A DNA stretch of 64,000 nt from contig OZ241996.1 in NCBI GenBank assembly GCA_965204535.1, forward strand, positions 1,088,001 through 1,152,000. Reading direction: 5' to 3'. A program made the translations under genes and the position numbers. This DNA comes from a bacterium (GTDB lineage: Bacteria; UBA8248). Within the stretch, counting starts at the first letter, position 1; the number at the start of each line of letters is the position of its first letter. Shown here in pieces: positions 13,252 to 23,054 of the stretch. The notes beneath the pieces were generated by a model that saw only the letters and a list, made by a program, of their open reading frames with translations, had not been told where the DNA came from and ran no database searches.

Positions 13252-14112
13252 TCATGAAGATTCCGAGTGGGTTTCTTCGAAGTTTTCGGGAGTGCTCTCT
13301 CGTTTGGTTCTCCGCCATCTCGTTATCATTCCATAGGGACCGGATGCGGCGTAGCCAACAAATGCCAGACAGGCAACTACCTGAGGAATCGCCGCCGCCA
13401 CGAAAAGAGCCAACACCGCGCCGACGAGGACGCGGAATGGTCTCCTGAGCGGTCCGCTTAAATCCTTGAAACTCTTGTATCGAATGGTGCTTACCATCAG
13501 GAATGCAAGAACGTAGCTGAGCGCCGCGATGAGAATAAGGGGGACATGGATCTTAATCGAAAAGTCTTCAACCAAATATACGATGGATGCTAAAACACCT
13601 GCGGCTCCGGGTATCGGCAGTCCCCGAAAATCCATGGGGCCACTGCTCGCTTGCGCCAGCACGTTGAAGCGCGCCAGCCTCAGGGCGCCGCAAGCGGCGA
13701 ATATGAACGTGGCTAGCCAGCCGATTCTGCCGTAAGGAGCGAGGAGCCAAGTATATATCAAAACGGCCGGCGCGATACCAAAGGCCGTCAGGTCGCACAA
13801 CGAGTCGTACTGAAGGCCAAAAGAACTTGTGCTCTTCGTCAACCGGGCGACTGTGCCGTCGAGCCCATCCAAAACGATGGCCAATAATATGGCCAGCGAG
13901 GCCCAGGTGAAGTCTCCCTGGATGGAAGCGACGATTGCGTAGAAACCGGCAAAAAGGCTGCCTGTCGTCAGCAGGTTGGGAACCAGGAATATCCCTCGTT
14001 GAAAGGAACGCCTTCCGGAGCGGCGTCTTCTCCTGCGTGAACGACGACCAAATTTATTCCGCGGCTGTCTGTTGGTTTGTTCGTCCAACGATGGTTTCTC
14101 CTCCGCGAACAC
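13252..14112 (-). CDS. pssA: CDP-diacylglycerol--serine O-phosphatidyltransferase
   Basis: PNLLT, DGLDGTVAR...FGLQYDSLCD CDP-alcohol motif, LRLARFN; start uncertain. Confidence 0.93.
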   Translation of the reverse strand: MFAEEKPSLDEQTNRQPRNKFGRRSRRRRRRSGRRSFQRGIFLVPNLLTTGSLFAGFYAIVASIQGDFTWASLAILLAIVLDGLDGTVARLTKSTSSFGLQYDSLCDLTAFGIAPAVLIYTWLLAPYGRIGWLATFIFAACGALRLARFNVLAQASSGPMDFRGLPIPGAAGVLASIVYLVEDFSIKIHVPLILIAALSYVLAFLMVSTIRYKSFKDLSGPLRRPFRVLVGAVLALFVAAAIPQVVACLAFVGYAASGPYGMITRWRRTKRESTPENFEETHSESS

Positions 14113-14710
14113 GCTGCCCCTGTTCTACGGATATATTATATCCTGCCGGAAAATATAGGTCCGTACGCGAGCCGAACTGAATCAGCCCGAATCGCTCTCC
14201 CGCCCTTATGGTATCGCCCTCCTTGGGCCAGCATATAATGCGTCGTGCCAAAACGCCGGCGATTTGAATGACTTTGAAATTATCGCCTGAGTTTGTCTTG
14301 ATTTCCAGAGTGTTTTGTTCATTGATGTTCGAGGCGGCTTCTTTGTATGCAGCCAGGAAACGGCCTTTTTTATAATGGATGCTCGATATTCTTCCCTCCA
14401 CGGGGGATCGGTTGATATGAACGTCCAGGGGAGAGAGGAAAATCCGGACCACACTTCCACCATCTTTGGCGGAGGCGATCTCCACGACCCGGCCATCAGC
14501 CGGAGATAAGACGACGCCCGGTTCATCAGGCGGGGTGCGATCAGGGTCTCTGAAAAAACCGGCTACAGCCGCGGCCACAAGAAAAGAAATGGTTGCCCAC
14601 ATCCATCCCCCGAAAAGGAGCGAGATGAGGCCGATGGCCGATAAACCCAAAATATAGGCCCAACCTTCTCTAGCAATAAATGGCCTGTTGGAGGGGCCTC
14701 TTTCACTCAT
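14054..14710 (-). CDS. psd: phosphatidylserine decarboxylase proenzyme
   Basis: FFRDPDR, SPADG, DVHINRSP, FGS cleavage motif. Confidence 0.94.
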   Translation of the reverse strand: MSERGPSNRPFIAREGWAYILGLSAIGLISLLFGGWMWATISFLVAAAVAGFFRDPDRTPPDEPGVVLSPADGRVVEIASAKDGGSVVRIFLSPLDVHINRSPVEGRISSIHYKKGRFLAAYKEAASNINEQNTLEIKTNSGDNFKVIQIAGVLARRIICWPKEGDTIRAGERFGLIQFGSRTDLYFPAGYNISVEQGQRVRGGETIVGRTNQQTAAE

Positions 14711-14713
14711 GGG

Positions 14714-15244
14714 TTAATTTTTAGAACCCTTAAGAGTTTTGCCCCCACGGGTGAGGGCGACCTTGCCTGTGCGGGCGATCTCTTTGATGCCGAATGGTTG
14801 GAGTAAATTCAAGATGGCGTGAATCTTTCCTTCATCGCCTGTGACTTCAACAGTAATGGTATCTGTAGACACATCGACGACGCGGCCCCGGAAAACGTCG
14901 ATGATTTGAAAAATCTCCGGCCGCGCGGCTTTCGGAGCCGAAATCTTGATGAGAATCATCTCTCGTTCGACGCTGTCCGTCTCACCCATGTCCATTACCT
15001 TGAAGGTGTCGATGAGCTTGCTGAGGTGTTTTCTGATCTGCTCGAGAACTTTTGCATCTCCGCGCGTGACGAGAGTGATTCGGGATACGCTCGGGTCCTG
15101 CGTTACCCCCACGCAAAGGCTGTCGATGTTGTAGCCTCGGGCGCTGAACAGACTTGCCACCTTGGCGAGAACGCCGAATTTGTTCTCCACCAAAACCGCT
15201 ATCGTATGTGTATCATCCTTGGTGTTGTTGGAATCTCTGGACAT
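14714..15244 (-). CDS. ilvN: acetolactate synthase small (regulatory) subunit, copy 1
   Basis: VENKFGVL...FSARGYNIDSL ACT domain, EIARTG; ATG 15244 overlaps the upstream stop (TAATG). Confidence 0.93.
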   Translation of the reverse strand: MSRDSNNTKDDTHTIAVLVENKFGVLAKVASLFSARGYNIDSLCVGVTQDPSVSRITLVTRGDAKVLEQIRKHLSKLIDTFKVMDMGETDSVEREMILIKISAPKAARPEIFQIIDVFRGRVVDVSTDTITVEVTGDEGKIHAILNLLQPFGIKEIARTGKVALTRGGKTLKGSKN

Positions 15245-15747
15245 TATGCGATGGGCTCCCAATCGTCGGGCATGCCGTCGTAGGGCAGCGAAATCATACC
15301 CGTACGCGCCATCTGCGAAATTCCGTAGCCTTCGAATGCCTTGAGGAGAGTTCTGACCTTATGATCGTTGCCGCTCGCTTCGAGCGTCACAGTGTCATCG
15401 GTCATATTAATTACCTGAGCACCGAAGGCGTTGGCGAGTTGTATGATTTCACTTCTTTTGTTGATGGGCGCTTCGATTGTCGCGAGAACGAGTTCGCGCG
15501 TGACGGCTTGGTTATAAGAGATTTGCTCGACTTCCCGCACGTCGTAGAGCTTGCGGAGTTGTTTAGCGATCTGGTCGAGTTCGTTTTCTTCACCGATGGC
15601 GACGATGACGATGCGCGTAATTGTGGCATCCTCCGTCGGTCCGGCGGCGATGCTTTCGATGTTGTATCCACGGCGCGTGAAAAGGCCCGCTACGTGGGAA
15701 AGCACGCCCGCGTGGTTATTGACGAGAATGGAATAGACTTGTCTCAT
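15244..15747 (-). CDS. ilvN: acetolactate synthase small (regulatory) subunit, copy 2
   Basis: VNNHAGVL...FTRRGYNIESI, MARTG. Confidence 0.92.
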   Translation of the reverse strand: MRQVYSILVNNHAGVLSHVAGLFTRRGYNIESIAAGPTEDATITRIVIVAIGEENELDQIAKQLRKLYDVREVEQISYNQAVTRELVLATIEAPINKRSEIIQLANAFGAQVINMTDDTVTLEASGNDHKVRTLLKAFEGYGISQMARTGMISLPYDGMPDDWEPIA

Positions 15748-17438
15748 GATTTCGCTTCTCTGGAGGGAGGAGCGAGTTGCATCTCATCGTTTCCGGCGCC
15801 GGCAGGAACCATGGGCCAGACGTTTTCCTCCTTGTTGACTAAGAAATTCAACACTACTGGCCCATCGTGCTCGGCCGCCGTCTCGAGGGAATTCCGTGCT
15901 TCGTTCACGTCAGTGATGTTGATGCCCTTTACGCCATAGCCCTCTGCGATCATGCCGAAATCGGGATTTTCCGGATAGTGCGAGTGCGAGTAGCGCTTAT
16001 CGAAGAACAGTTCCTGCCACTGGCGCACCATCCCCAGGTAAGCATTGTTCAGGATGGCGACTTTGACGGGGACGTTATAGGTCGCCGCTGTAGCGAGTTC
16101 GACGAGCGTCATCGCGAAACTGCCGTCGCCGTCGATTAGCCAAACATCTTTCTCTGGACGGGCGAATTTCGCGCCGATGGCGGCGGGAAGGCCAAAACCC
16201 ATCGTCCCGAGACCGCCGGAAGTCACCCAGGTCTTGGGTTCGTTGAAGCGGATGAACTGTGCCGCCCACATTTGATGCTGCCCCACACCGGTCACATAAA
16301 TGCCGTTGCCTTCGGTAATTTCCTGAATTTGATCGATCACGTACTGAGGTTTGATAGAGCCGTCCCAGTCATACTGGAGGGGATAGTTCGTCTTCCAATC
16401 CGTCCAGGTTTGTCGCCACTCATCGTAATCCCCGGGCGTTAGATGCTCATTGAGCGTAATCAGCACGTCCCGTACATTCCCGAGAATCGGAATGTGCGTG
16501 TGCACTCGTTTATCGATCTCGGCGTCGTCGATGTCGACATGCGCGATGGTCGCGTTAGGGCAAAAGCTCGACACCTTACCCGTCACGCGGTCGTCGAAAC
16601 GGGCGCCGAGGTTGATGAGCAAATCGCATTCACACAGAGCAAAATTCGCATAGGCCGTGCCGTGCATCCCCGGCATACCGAGGAAAAGCTCGTCCGTGCC
16701 CGGGAATCCCCCGAGACCCAACAATGTGTTGATCACCGGGATGCCCGCCGCTTTTGCGAATTTCGCGAGTTCCTCAGACGCCCCGGACTTGATGATGCCG
16801 GCGCCGCCGATGATGACGGGCCGCTCGGCCCGTTCGATGGCTTCGATCAGTTTCTCGATTCCCTCCATATCGAGTTCGGGATATTCCCTGATAGCCGGAA
16901 GAGGGGATTCAGAGGATTCTCGCGGCGCGTATTCCGCCTTGGTGATCTGGATATCTTTGGGGAAATCGAGCAAAACGGGGCCGGGCCGGCCTGTCGTCGC
17001 CATGCGAATCGCTTCTCGCGTAACGTGTTGAATCTCGTTGACGTCTTTAATGAGCCAGTTGAATTTTGTGACCGGAATGGAGCAGCCGTACACGTCGGCT
17101 TCCTGGAAGGCGTCGGTGCCAATCATGTTGGTAGCCACTTGGCCCGTGATGGCGATGAGCGGCACGGAATCCATCTGCGCATTGGCGAGTCCGGTGATGA
17201 GGTTCGTGGCTCCGGGGCCTGAAGTCGTGACGACGATGGCGACTTTACCACTCACGCGCGCGTATCCATCCGCCATGTGTGCCGCACCCTGTTCGTGACG
17301 GGTGAGGATGTGCGGAAAATCCGCCTTCAGCAGTTCATCGTAAAACGGCATAATGGCGCCACCTGGTATGCCGAAGGCCATCTCGATGCCTGCCGCTTTT
17401 AACTCTTCAATCATAATTTGCGAGCCATTGAGCTCCAC
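15744..17438 (-). CDS. ilvB: acetolactate synthase large subunit, copy 2
   Basis: RHEQGAAH, TSGPGATN, RFDDRVTG, GDGSF, GMVRQWQ. Confidence 0.95.
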   Translation of the reverse strand: MELNGSQIMIEELKAAGIEMAFGIPGGAIMPFYDELLKADFPHILTRHEQGAAHMADGYARVSGKVAIVVTTSGPGATNLITGLANAQMDSVPLIAITGQVATNMIGTDAFQEADVYGCSIPVTKFNWLIKDVNEIQHVTREAIRMATTGRPGPVLLDFPKDIQITKAEYAPRESSESPLPAIREYPELDMEGIEKLIEAIERAERPVIIGGAGIIKSGASEELAKFAKAAGIPVINTLLGLGGFPGTDELFLGMPGMHGTAYANFALCECDLLINLGARFDDRVTGKVSSFCPNATIAHVDIDDAEIDKRVHTHIPILGNVRDVLITLNEHLTPGDYDEWRQTWTDWKTNYPLQYDWDGSIKPQYVIDQIQEITEGNGIYVTGVGQHQMWAAQFIRFNEPKTWVTSGGLGTMGFGLPAAIGAKFARPEKDVWLIDGDGSFAMTLVELATAATYNVPVKVAILNNAYLGMVRQWQELFFDKRYSHSHYPENPDFGMIAEGYGVKGINITDVNEARNSLETAAEHDGPVVLNFLVNKEENVWPMVPAGAGNDEMQLAPPSREAKS

Positions 17439-17450
17439 GGATGAAACCTC

Positions 17451-19235
17451 CTAGTTATCGGGCAATGCGCTGAGCTTGCCTCGAAGGACTTTTTTCCGGC
17501 TGTCCCGAACAATCATGTCTTTTGTCGCGCCGCCCGCGGGTACCATCGGAAAAACCAACTCATCGGGGTCGACGATCACGTCCAGAATGTAGGGTCCCGG
17601 CGTGGTGATCATTTCCTGGATGGCGGGTCTCAATTCTTCTTTGTCCACAATCCGTCGACCACTGGCGCCGAATGCCTCCGCGAGCTTGACGTAATCGGGC
17701 GAAGAGTCGAAATCCACTTCGCTGAATCGCCTGTCCATGAACAAATCTTGCCATTGGCGAACCATGCCCAATGTAGCGTTATTCAACAAAAAGACTTTTA
17801 CGGGAATTCCATACTGAACAGCGGTGGCGACTTCTTGCATCACCATCTGAAAACTACCGTCTCCCGCAATATCGATCGCCAGCTTGTCTGGCCTCGCAAG
17901 CGCCACGCCGATGGCCGCGGGAAAGCCGAAGCCCATAGTTCCGAGGCCGCCGGATGAAATGAACTGACGCGGGAAGGTGAAATTGTAAAATTGAGCGGCC
18001 CACATCTGGTGTTGTCCCACCTCGGTAGTGATGATCGCCTTATCGCCCACTTCCTCACTTAAGGCGACAATGGCCTCTTGCGGCTTGATTGGTGCACCCT
18101 CGGGGGAGTCGAACGTGAGCGGGTATTCCGTTCTCAGGTTCTGGAACCGCTTTTTCCACAAAGCGCGTTTTTGAGGCTTGACGAGTTTATTGACTTCGGC
18201 GAGCACCAGGCGGGCGTCGCCGACAACGGGGATATCCGCCGCTTTGTTCTTTCCAATAGCCGTGGGGTCTATATCGATATGGATGATTTTCGCCCGGGTC
18301 GCGAATTCCGAGACCTTTCCGGTGACGCGGTCGTCAAACCTTGCGCCGACGGCGATGAGCAAGTCACATTCCATGGTCGCGTAGTTGGCGTATGCCGTCC
18401 CGTGCATGCCGAGCATGCCCAATGAGAGTTCATGGGCGCTGGGGAAAGCACCTGCTCCCAAAAGCGTATAAGTGACAGGAATCTCCGCCGTTTCCGCGAG
18501 TTTCAGGATTTCCTGATGTGCTTCCGAATGGATGGCGCCACCGCCCACGTAGAGCAGGGGCTGTTTGGATTCTTTAATGGCTTCGGCTACGCGCTGAATT
18601 TGTCTGGGGTGACCTTTTGTCGTGGGCTTGTAGCCGCGCAAATCCACTTTCTCTGGCACCTGGTAGTGTCCATCGCCGAGAAGGACGTCTTTGGGCAAAT
18701 CGACGAGTACCGGGCCGGGCCTTCCTGTGCGTGCGATGTAGAAAGCCTCTTGGATCGTTTCGGCGAGTTCATCTGTGCTCTTGACCAGATAGCTGTGCTT
18801 GGTGACGGTTCTTGTCATGCCCACGATGTCGGCTTCCTGGAAGGCGTCGTTGCCCACCATCGTAGTGGCAACTTGTCCAGTGAGGCATACGATGGGAATG
18901 GAATCCATGTAGGCATCCGTGATGCCCGTTATGAGATTCGTGGCACCTGGGCCGGAGGTGGTAAGACATACGCCGACCTCACCGCTGGCGCGGGCATATC
19001 CCTCGGCCATATGCGCTGCGCACTGTTCGTGTCGAATGAGTAAATGCTTGATTTTGCTTCTTTCGAGGAACAGATCCAGGAGCGTGAGGAGTATGGCACC
19101 CGGATGCCCGAAAACGTACTTCACACCCTCACGCTCAAGGCTGCGGTAAATAATCTCGGCCCCTGAGATTTTCTTGGGCTTCAGTTTTGCAGGTTGTTTT
19201 GTAGTTTGGCTTCTTGTCTTGGTCGCCACGGCCAT
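17451..19235 (-). CDS. ilvB: acetolactate synthase large subunit, copy 1
   Basis: RHEQ, TSGPGATN, RFDDRVTG, GDGSF, GMVRQWQ. Confidence 0.95.
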   Translation of the reverse strand: MAVATKTRSQTTKQPAKLKPKKISGAEIIYRSLEREGVKYVFGHPGAILLTLLDLFLERSKIKHLLIRHEQCAAHMAEGYARASGEVGVCLTTSGPGATNLITGITDAYMDSIPIVCLTGQVATTMVGNDAFQEADIVGMTRTVTKHSYLVKSTDELAETIQEAFYIARTGRPGPVLVDLPKDVLLGDGHYQVPEKVDLRGYKPTTKGHPRQIQRVAEAIKESKQPLLYVGGGAIHSEAHQEILKLAETAEIPVTYTLLGAGAFPSAHELSLGMLGMHGTAYANYATMECDLLIAVGARFDDRVTGKVSEFATRAKIIHIDIDPTAIGKNKAADIPVVGDARLVLAEVNKLVKPQKRALWKKRFQNLRTEYPLTFDSPEGAPIKPQEAIVALSEEVGDKAIITTEVGQHQMWAAQFYNFTFPRQFISSGGLGTMGFGFPAAIGVALARPDKLAIDIAGDGSFQMVMQEVATAVQYGIPVKVFLLNNATLGMVRQWQDLFMDRRFSEVDFDSSPDYVKLAEAFGASGRRIVDKEELRPAIQEMITTPGPYILDVIVDPDELVFPMVPAGGATKDMIVRDSRKKVLRGKLSALPDN

Positions 19236-19504
19236 TTCCTCTCAGCCAGTAGAACTTGCTCTCTCGCTGGCAATGATGTTGATCCGAAAAACGCCGATGA
19301 TGCCGGCGGTCGTTAAGCAGAAATCAGGGGACGGCGCACGAGGGCACACCGCCCCCTTCTTACGCCAGACTCCTTATTCCACAACATCTTTTTCGGACCC
19401 ATATGGCCGTCTTCCATAATAATTCGTGCGCCAAAACCCTGAATACGTCTCGGGAAATGCTCGGGTAGATGGTCTACCCTGATATCTCAAGTACACGACG
19501 CGTG

Positions 19505-19534
19505 ATATTACTGCATGTTTTTCGGTCTGGTCAA
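19505..19534 (-). promoter_or_regulatory. sigma70-like promoter of the ilv operon
   Basis: TTGACC-N18-TAATAT on the minus strand, about 270 nt upstream of ilvB. Confidence 0.55.
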
Positions 19535-19600
19535 GGATGAAAACATAAAATCTTTTATTTCAAGGTTCTAGCGTTCCTCGGTGAACGAAACACCGATCTT

Positions 19601-19807
19601 TCAACTCTTCTCCATCGTTTCCAGTTGCGTCTTGATAGCGAGCTTTTCTTTTTTGAGTTGTTTTATCTGCTGTTGTTCTTCCGGGGATGGAAACCGAATT
19701 TCTTCGAGCGCGAGAATCTTTTCATCCAAAACGGAATGTTCTTTTTTCAAGAGTGCGAGTTCCTCGTCTACATTCAAAGTTTCTTCCACTTTTTCAGTTG
19801 CTTCCAA
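19601..19807 (-). CDS. DUF465/YdcH-like small coiled-coil protein
   Basis: LKKEHSVLDEKI...IKQLKKEKLAIK pattern; AGGAGA RBS before TTG 19807. Confidence 0.75.
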   Translation of the reverse strand: MEATEKVEETLNVDEELALLKKEHSVLDEKILALEEIRFPSPEEQQQIKQLKKEKLAIKTQLETMEKS

Positions 19808-19914
19808 TGAAAAATCTCCTTTCAGGTATCCATGGTGAAAATTCCAGGTTCTCATTTGTGGTTGTAATCGTGTCTTTGAATAATCGTTTAATCTACGAAA
19901 TCTTGACCTCGGGA

Positions 19915-20658
19915 TCAACTCTGCGAATCGGGCCATTTGGTTTGCGCCTGTGATTTTCGGCAATAATTCAGAAATATGTTGGCGCTGTGCGGGGGTGTTC
20001 GGTTTTCGAGTGCCCTGTGGGTCAACCATGCGGTCGCAATGGCCGAGGAATCCACTTCATGGTGCCTGATCGATCCTTGTGAAGTTTCCAAAGCGAAGTT
20101 CTGGGGCAATTCCTCTTTTTTCCCAGCGAGCAGAGTGCCGCCATCCTCCGGGAGACGGAGTTCTTCGGGGGCGATGACTTCATCCTCCCAGAGGCGAGAG
20201 AGGGTATTTCCTGTGGATGATTGGGGGTTTGCCGATACTTGAAACAACCCGGTGAACAATTCCCCATATCTGGCGTCTCGATAGGGAAGAATGTAATCGG
20301 GCAGACTGCGGCCCGCGCGCATTTCATCCAACAGCGCGGCCGTCGCCAGGGTTTCCAAAGATGAAAACCCATAGAGCGGGCAGCCCCAGCCCAGTGAAAG
20401 CCCTTTTGCGCAAGAAAGTCCCACTCGCAATCCGGTGAAAGTTCCCGGGCCGATGCTCACCCCGATGGCCTGGATCATGTCGGCGCGAAGGTTTCTTGAA
20501 TTTAGAAGTCGCTTTACCTGGGGCAACAGCGTCTTGGAAATCCGAACGTCACCCGAGAGAAGCGTCTCTTCCTCGGTGGTTCCCGTTGAGTAAAGAAATG
20601 AGCACTTCCCATTCGGTGTCGAAGTATCGAAAGCCAGGATATAGCGGGGTTCATCCAT
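19915..20658 (-). CDS. tsaB: tRNA threonylcarbamoyladenosine biosynthesis protein TsaB
   Basis: ILAFDTST, GPGTFTGLRVG, DAR motif. Confidence 0.9.
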   Translation of the reverse strand: MDEPRYILAFDTSTPNGKCSFLYSTGTTEEETLLSGDVRISKTLLPQVKRLLNSRNLRADMIQAIGVSIGPGTFTGLRVGLSCAKGLSLGWGCPLYGFSSLETLATAALLDEMRAGRSLPDYILPYRDARYGELFTGLFQVSANPQSSTGNTLSRLWEDEVIAPEELRLPEDGGTLLAGKKEELPQNFALETSQGSIRHHEVDSSAIATAWLTHRALENRTPPHSANIFLNYCRKSQAQTKWPDSQS

Positions 20659-20673
20659 GCAGGTCCGAGCCCC

Positions 20674-21315
20674 TCATGGGTTTTGAGAGAGATAAAATGA
20701 GAGATGTTCCAGTTCGCTGCCCAAATCCACGTTTTTCACCTTCACATGGCGTGGCGTTTGAATTTGGGTGGGCGCGAAATTCAATATACCGGTGATGCCG
20801 GCATTCACGAGCGCCGTCCCTACGTTTTGTGCGTTTTTGCTCGGCACTGCGATGATGCCGATCTTGATCTGTTTTTCTTTCACGAGCTCATGTAAATCCG
20901 ACATCGGCAATACAGGAAGAGGACCGGTGCGGTGAGGGGGTATTTTATCGGGGAATTTATCGAAGACGGCGTCGATTTCAAAGCCATGAGCCAGAAAACC
21001 TTTGTACGCCAATAGAGCCGAACCGAGATTTCCTGCTCCGACGAGTACGACTTTCCATGTTTGGGTCACGCCCAGGATTTTTTTTAGATTGTCCCTCAAT
21101 TCCTTGATGTAATAGCCCTTCCCACGGACGCCGAATTCACCGAAATATGCGAGGTCTTTCCTGATTTGCGCGGGCTTGAAGCCACACTGTCGCGCCAGGT
21201 CGGCCGACGCGATGAGTTCGGTTCCCTCACTTTTTACTTGATCCAGTATGCGGGCGTAGGTGGACAATCGGTTCACAGTCGCCTCTGGGATTTTTGTTTT
21301 CGTGTTTTCCCACAT
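20674..21315 (-). CDS. rex: redox-sensing transcriptional repressor Rex
   Basis: IPEATVNRL, QIRKDLAYFGEFG, VGAGNLG, ILNFAP. Confidence 0.95.
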   Translation of the reverse strand: MWENTKTKIPEATVNRLSTYARILDQVKSEGTELIASADLARQCGFKPAQIRKDLAYFGEFGVRGKGYYIKELRDNLKKILGVTQTWKVVLVGAGNLGSALLAYKGFLAHGFEIDAVFDKFPDKIPPHRTGPLPVLPMSDLHELVKEKQIKIGIIAVPSKNAQNVGTALVNAGITGILNFAPTQIQTPRHVKVKNVDLGSELEHLSFYLSQNP

Positions 21316-21390
21316 AAATGTAATGCGCACCCGCAATTTAGAAGTCAAGAGAAAGTCTCGCAGAGTACGACGCCTCTCTAGCGAGAGTAG

Positions 21391-21418
21391 ATTTTATGCG
21401 TTTTAGTGCGCAGGGCAA
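21391..21418 (-). promoter_or_regulatory. sigma70-like promoter of rex
   Basis: TTGCCC-N16-TAAAAT on the minus strand. Confidence 0.45.
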
Positions 21419-21515
21419 GTGGAGATTAGCCGGCAAGGGAAAAAAGATACGCAATCCTTACGCCAAAAGGGTTTCCTGTGAGAGCGCATTCAGATAGTCG
21501 ACGTTGAGGAACGCG

Positions 21516-21543
21516 AAAGGGGGGCCGTCCGGCCCCCCTCTTT
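21516..21543. terminator. intrinsic terminator after atpE
   Basis: AAAGGGGGGCC-GTCC-GGCCCCCCTCTTT, GC stem with A/T tails. Confidence 0.7.
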
Positions 21544-21565
21544 GAGTCTGCGAACGCTGGTTTAT

Positions 21566-21886
21566 CTAGCCGAGGATGATGATGAGGCAGATAACGAACG
21601 TATAAATGACAAGGGACTCGATCAGGGCGAGACCGATGATCATCGACACGCGAATATCTCCGCCGGCACCCGGGTTGCGCGCCGTACCGTCCAACGCGCT
21701 GGCGATGCTCCTGCTCTGGGCGAAAGCGCCGGCTGCGGCGGCGATGGCGAGAGCAAACGACGAGGAGATCATTCTCCATTTCAGAACTTCACCGCTTCCG
21801 GCATCACCGGCTGCGGCGGCGAAGGCATTTGTGGCCATGGCTACGAAGCTGGCTAGCGTAAATCCGATTATCCCCAAACGTTTCAT
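21566..21886 (-). CDS. atpE: ATP synthase F0 subunit c
   Basis: ARNPGA loop, LALIESLVIY; signal-like N-terminal extension. Confidence 0.95.
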   Translation of the reverse strand: MKRLGIIGFTLASFVAMATNAFAAAAGDAGSGEVLKWRMISSSFALAIAAAAGAFAQSRSIASALDGTARNPGAGGDIRVSMIIGLALIESLVIYTFVICLIIILG

Positions 21887-21932
21887 CCCTTACTTCTCCT
21901 TGTTGAAGTGATTCCTACATGAACCGTTATTG

Positions 21933-22655
21933 TTAATGAGCGTGGGCGGCCTCATGGCCATGCTCTTCGTCGTGGTCGTGCCCTTCAAGCGACCCGGCGA
22001 TATATATCATGGTCAAGAGGGTGAAAACAAAGGCTTGAATGAAACTTCCGAAAATTATAAACATCTGCATCGCCCAGGGAACGGGCAGGAAAATCTGCAG
22101 GCACAGCAGCATCAAAACGCCGAGCACCAATTCTTCGCCGGTGATGTTCCCGAAAAGGCGCAAAGAGAGTGAAAGGGGACGGCTGAGATGTGAGATGATC
22201 TCGATGGGGACCATAAGCGGAGCCAGCCACATGATAGGTCCCGTGAAATGCTTGAGATACGCCATTCCACTTCTTTTGAATCCCACGTAATGCGTGGCGA
22301 AAAATACGGTGAGCGCGCAACCCACGTTGGTGTTCAGGTTGCTCGTCGGCGCCATGAAACCCGGCAGTATCCCGATGACGTTGCACAGGAAAATGTAGGT
22401 TCCCAGCGTGAATACGAGGGGGAAGAAGGGTCGCCCCTCATTGCCGAGAGGGCCTTCCATGAAGGCGGAAAACCCGTCGAAAATCGCCTCAAAGAGGTTT
22501 TGTCCACCAACGGGTATCTTTTGCAGCGCTTTGGTCATGAGCAACGAACTCGCGATGAGGAACACCATCACCAGCCAGCTGTACACGATGTTCGGATAGG
22601 CGGACAGCCCCGGGAAGAACTCCATGAGATATAGGTACGGGTGAAATTTTTCCAT
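21933..22655 (-). CDS. atpB: ATP synthase F0 subunit a
   Basis: PTSNLN, SLSLRLFGNI, IQAFVFTLL. Confidence 0.96.
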   Translation of the reverse strand: MEKFHPYLYLMEFFPGLSAYPNIVYSWLVMVFLIASSLLMTKALQKIPVGGQNLFEAIFDGFSAFMEGPLGNEGRPFFPLVFTLGTYIFLCNVIGILPGFMAPTSNLNTNVGCALTVFFATHYVGFKRSGMAYLKHFTGPIMWLAPLMVPIEIISHLSRPLSLSLRLFGNITGEELVLGVLMLLCLQIFLPVPWAMQMFIIFGSFIQAFVFTLLTMIYIAGSLEGHDHDEEHGHEAAHAH

Positions 22656-22658
22656 GTG

Positions 22659-23054
22659 CTATGCTCTTGTAGATCCTTGTATTCGCAGGGCGCTGCGAGC
22701 CCCATGAATGAAAATGGCCAACGGCGGAACGGTCAACCCTATCACCACGCTCACGGCGGGAAGCCGGAGCCAGCCTATTGCGAGCGCTACGACGCCCATC
22801 AGGGCGAAAAACCTCAAAATGTATAAAACGTGATGCCACCATTTCGGGCGGCTGATGTTTTTCCGAAAAATGCGCGCGAAGTATACATCCATCATCCGAA
22901 AACTTCCAAGCGCGCAGGCGCCGCCGACCGCCACGCCGGCGCCCGTCGAAACGTCCCTCAGAACCACTCCCGCCAGGCTCATGACAGTCAGAATCACCCA
23001 GCCGGAATTCGAGATGCTTCTGAGGATGAACGATGGCGGGTCTTGGTTTCGCAT
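22659..23054 (-). CDS. atpI: ATP synthase protein I
   Basis: Four hydrophobic segments; directly upstream of atpB. Confidence 0.75.
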   Translation of the reverse strand: MRNQDPPSFILRSISNSGWVILTVMSLAGVVLRDVSTGAGVAVGGACALGSFRMMDVYFARIFRKNISRPKWWHHVLYILRFFALMGVVALAIGWLRLPAVSVVIGLTVPPLAIFIHGARSALRIQGSTRA

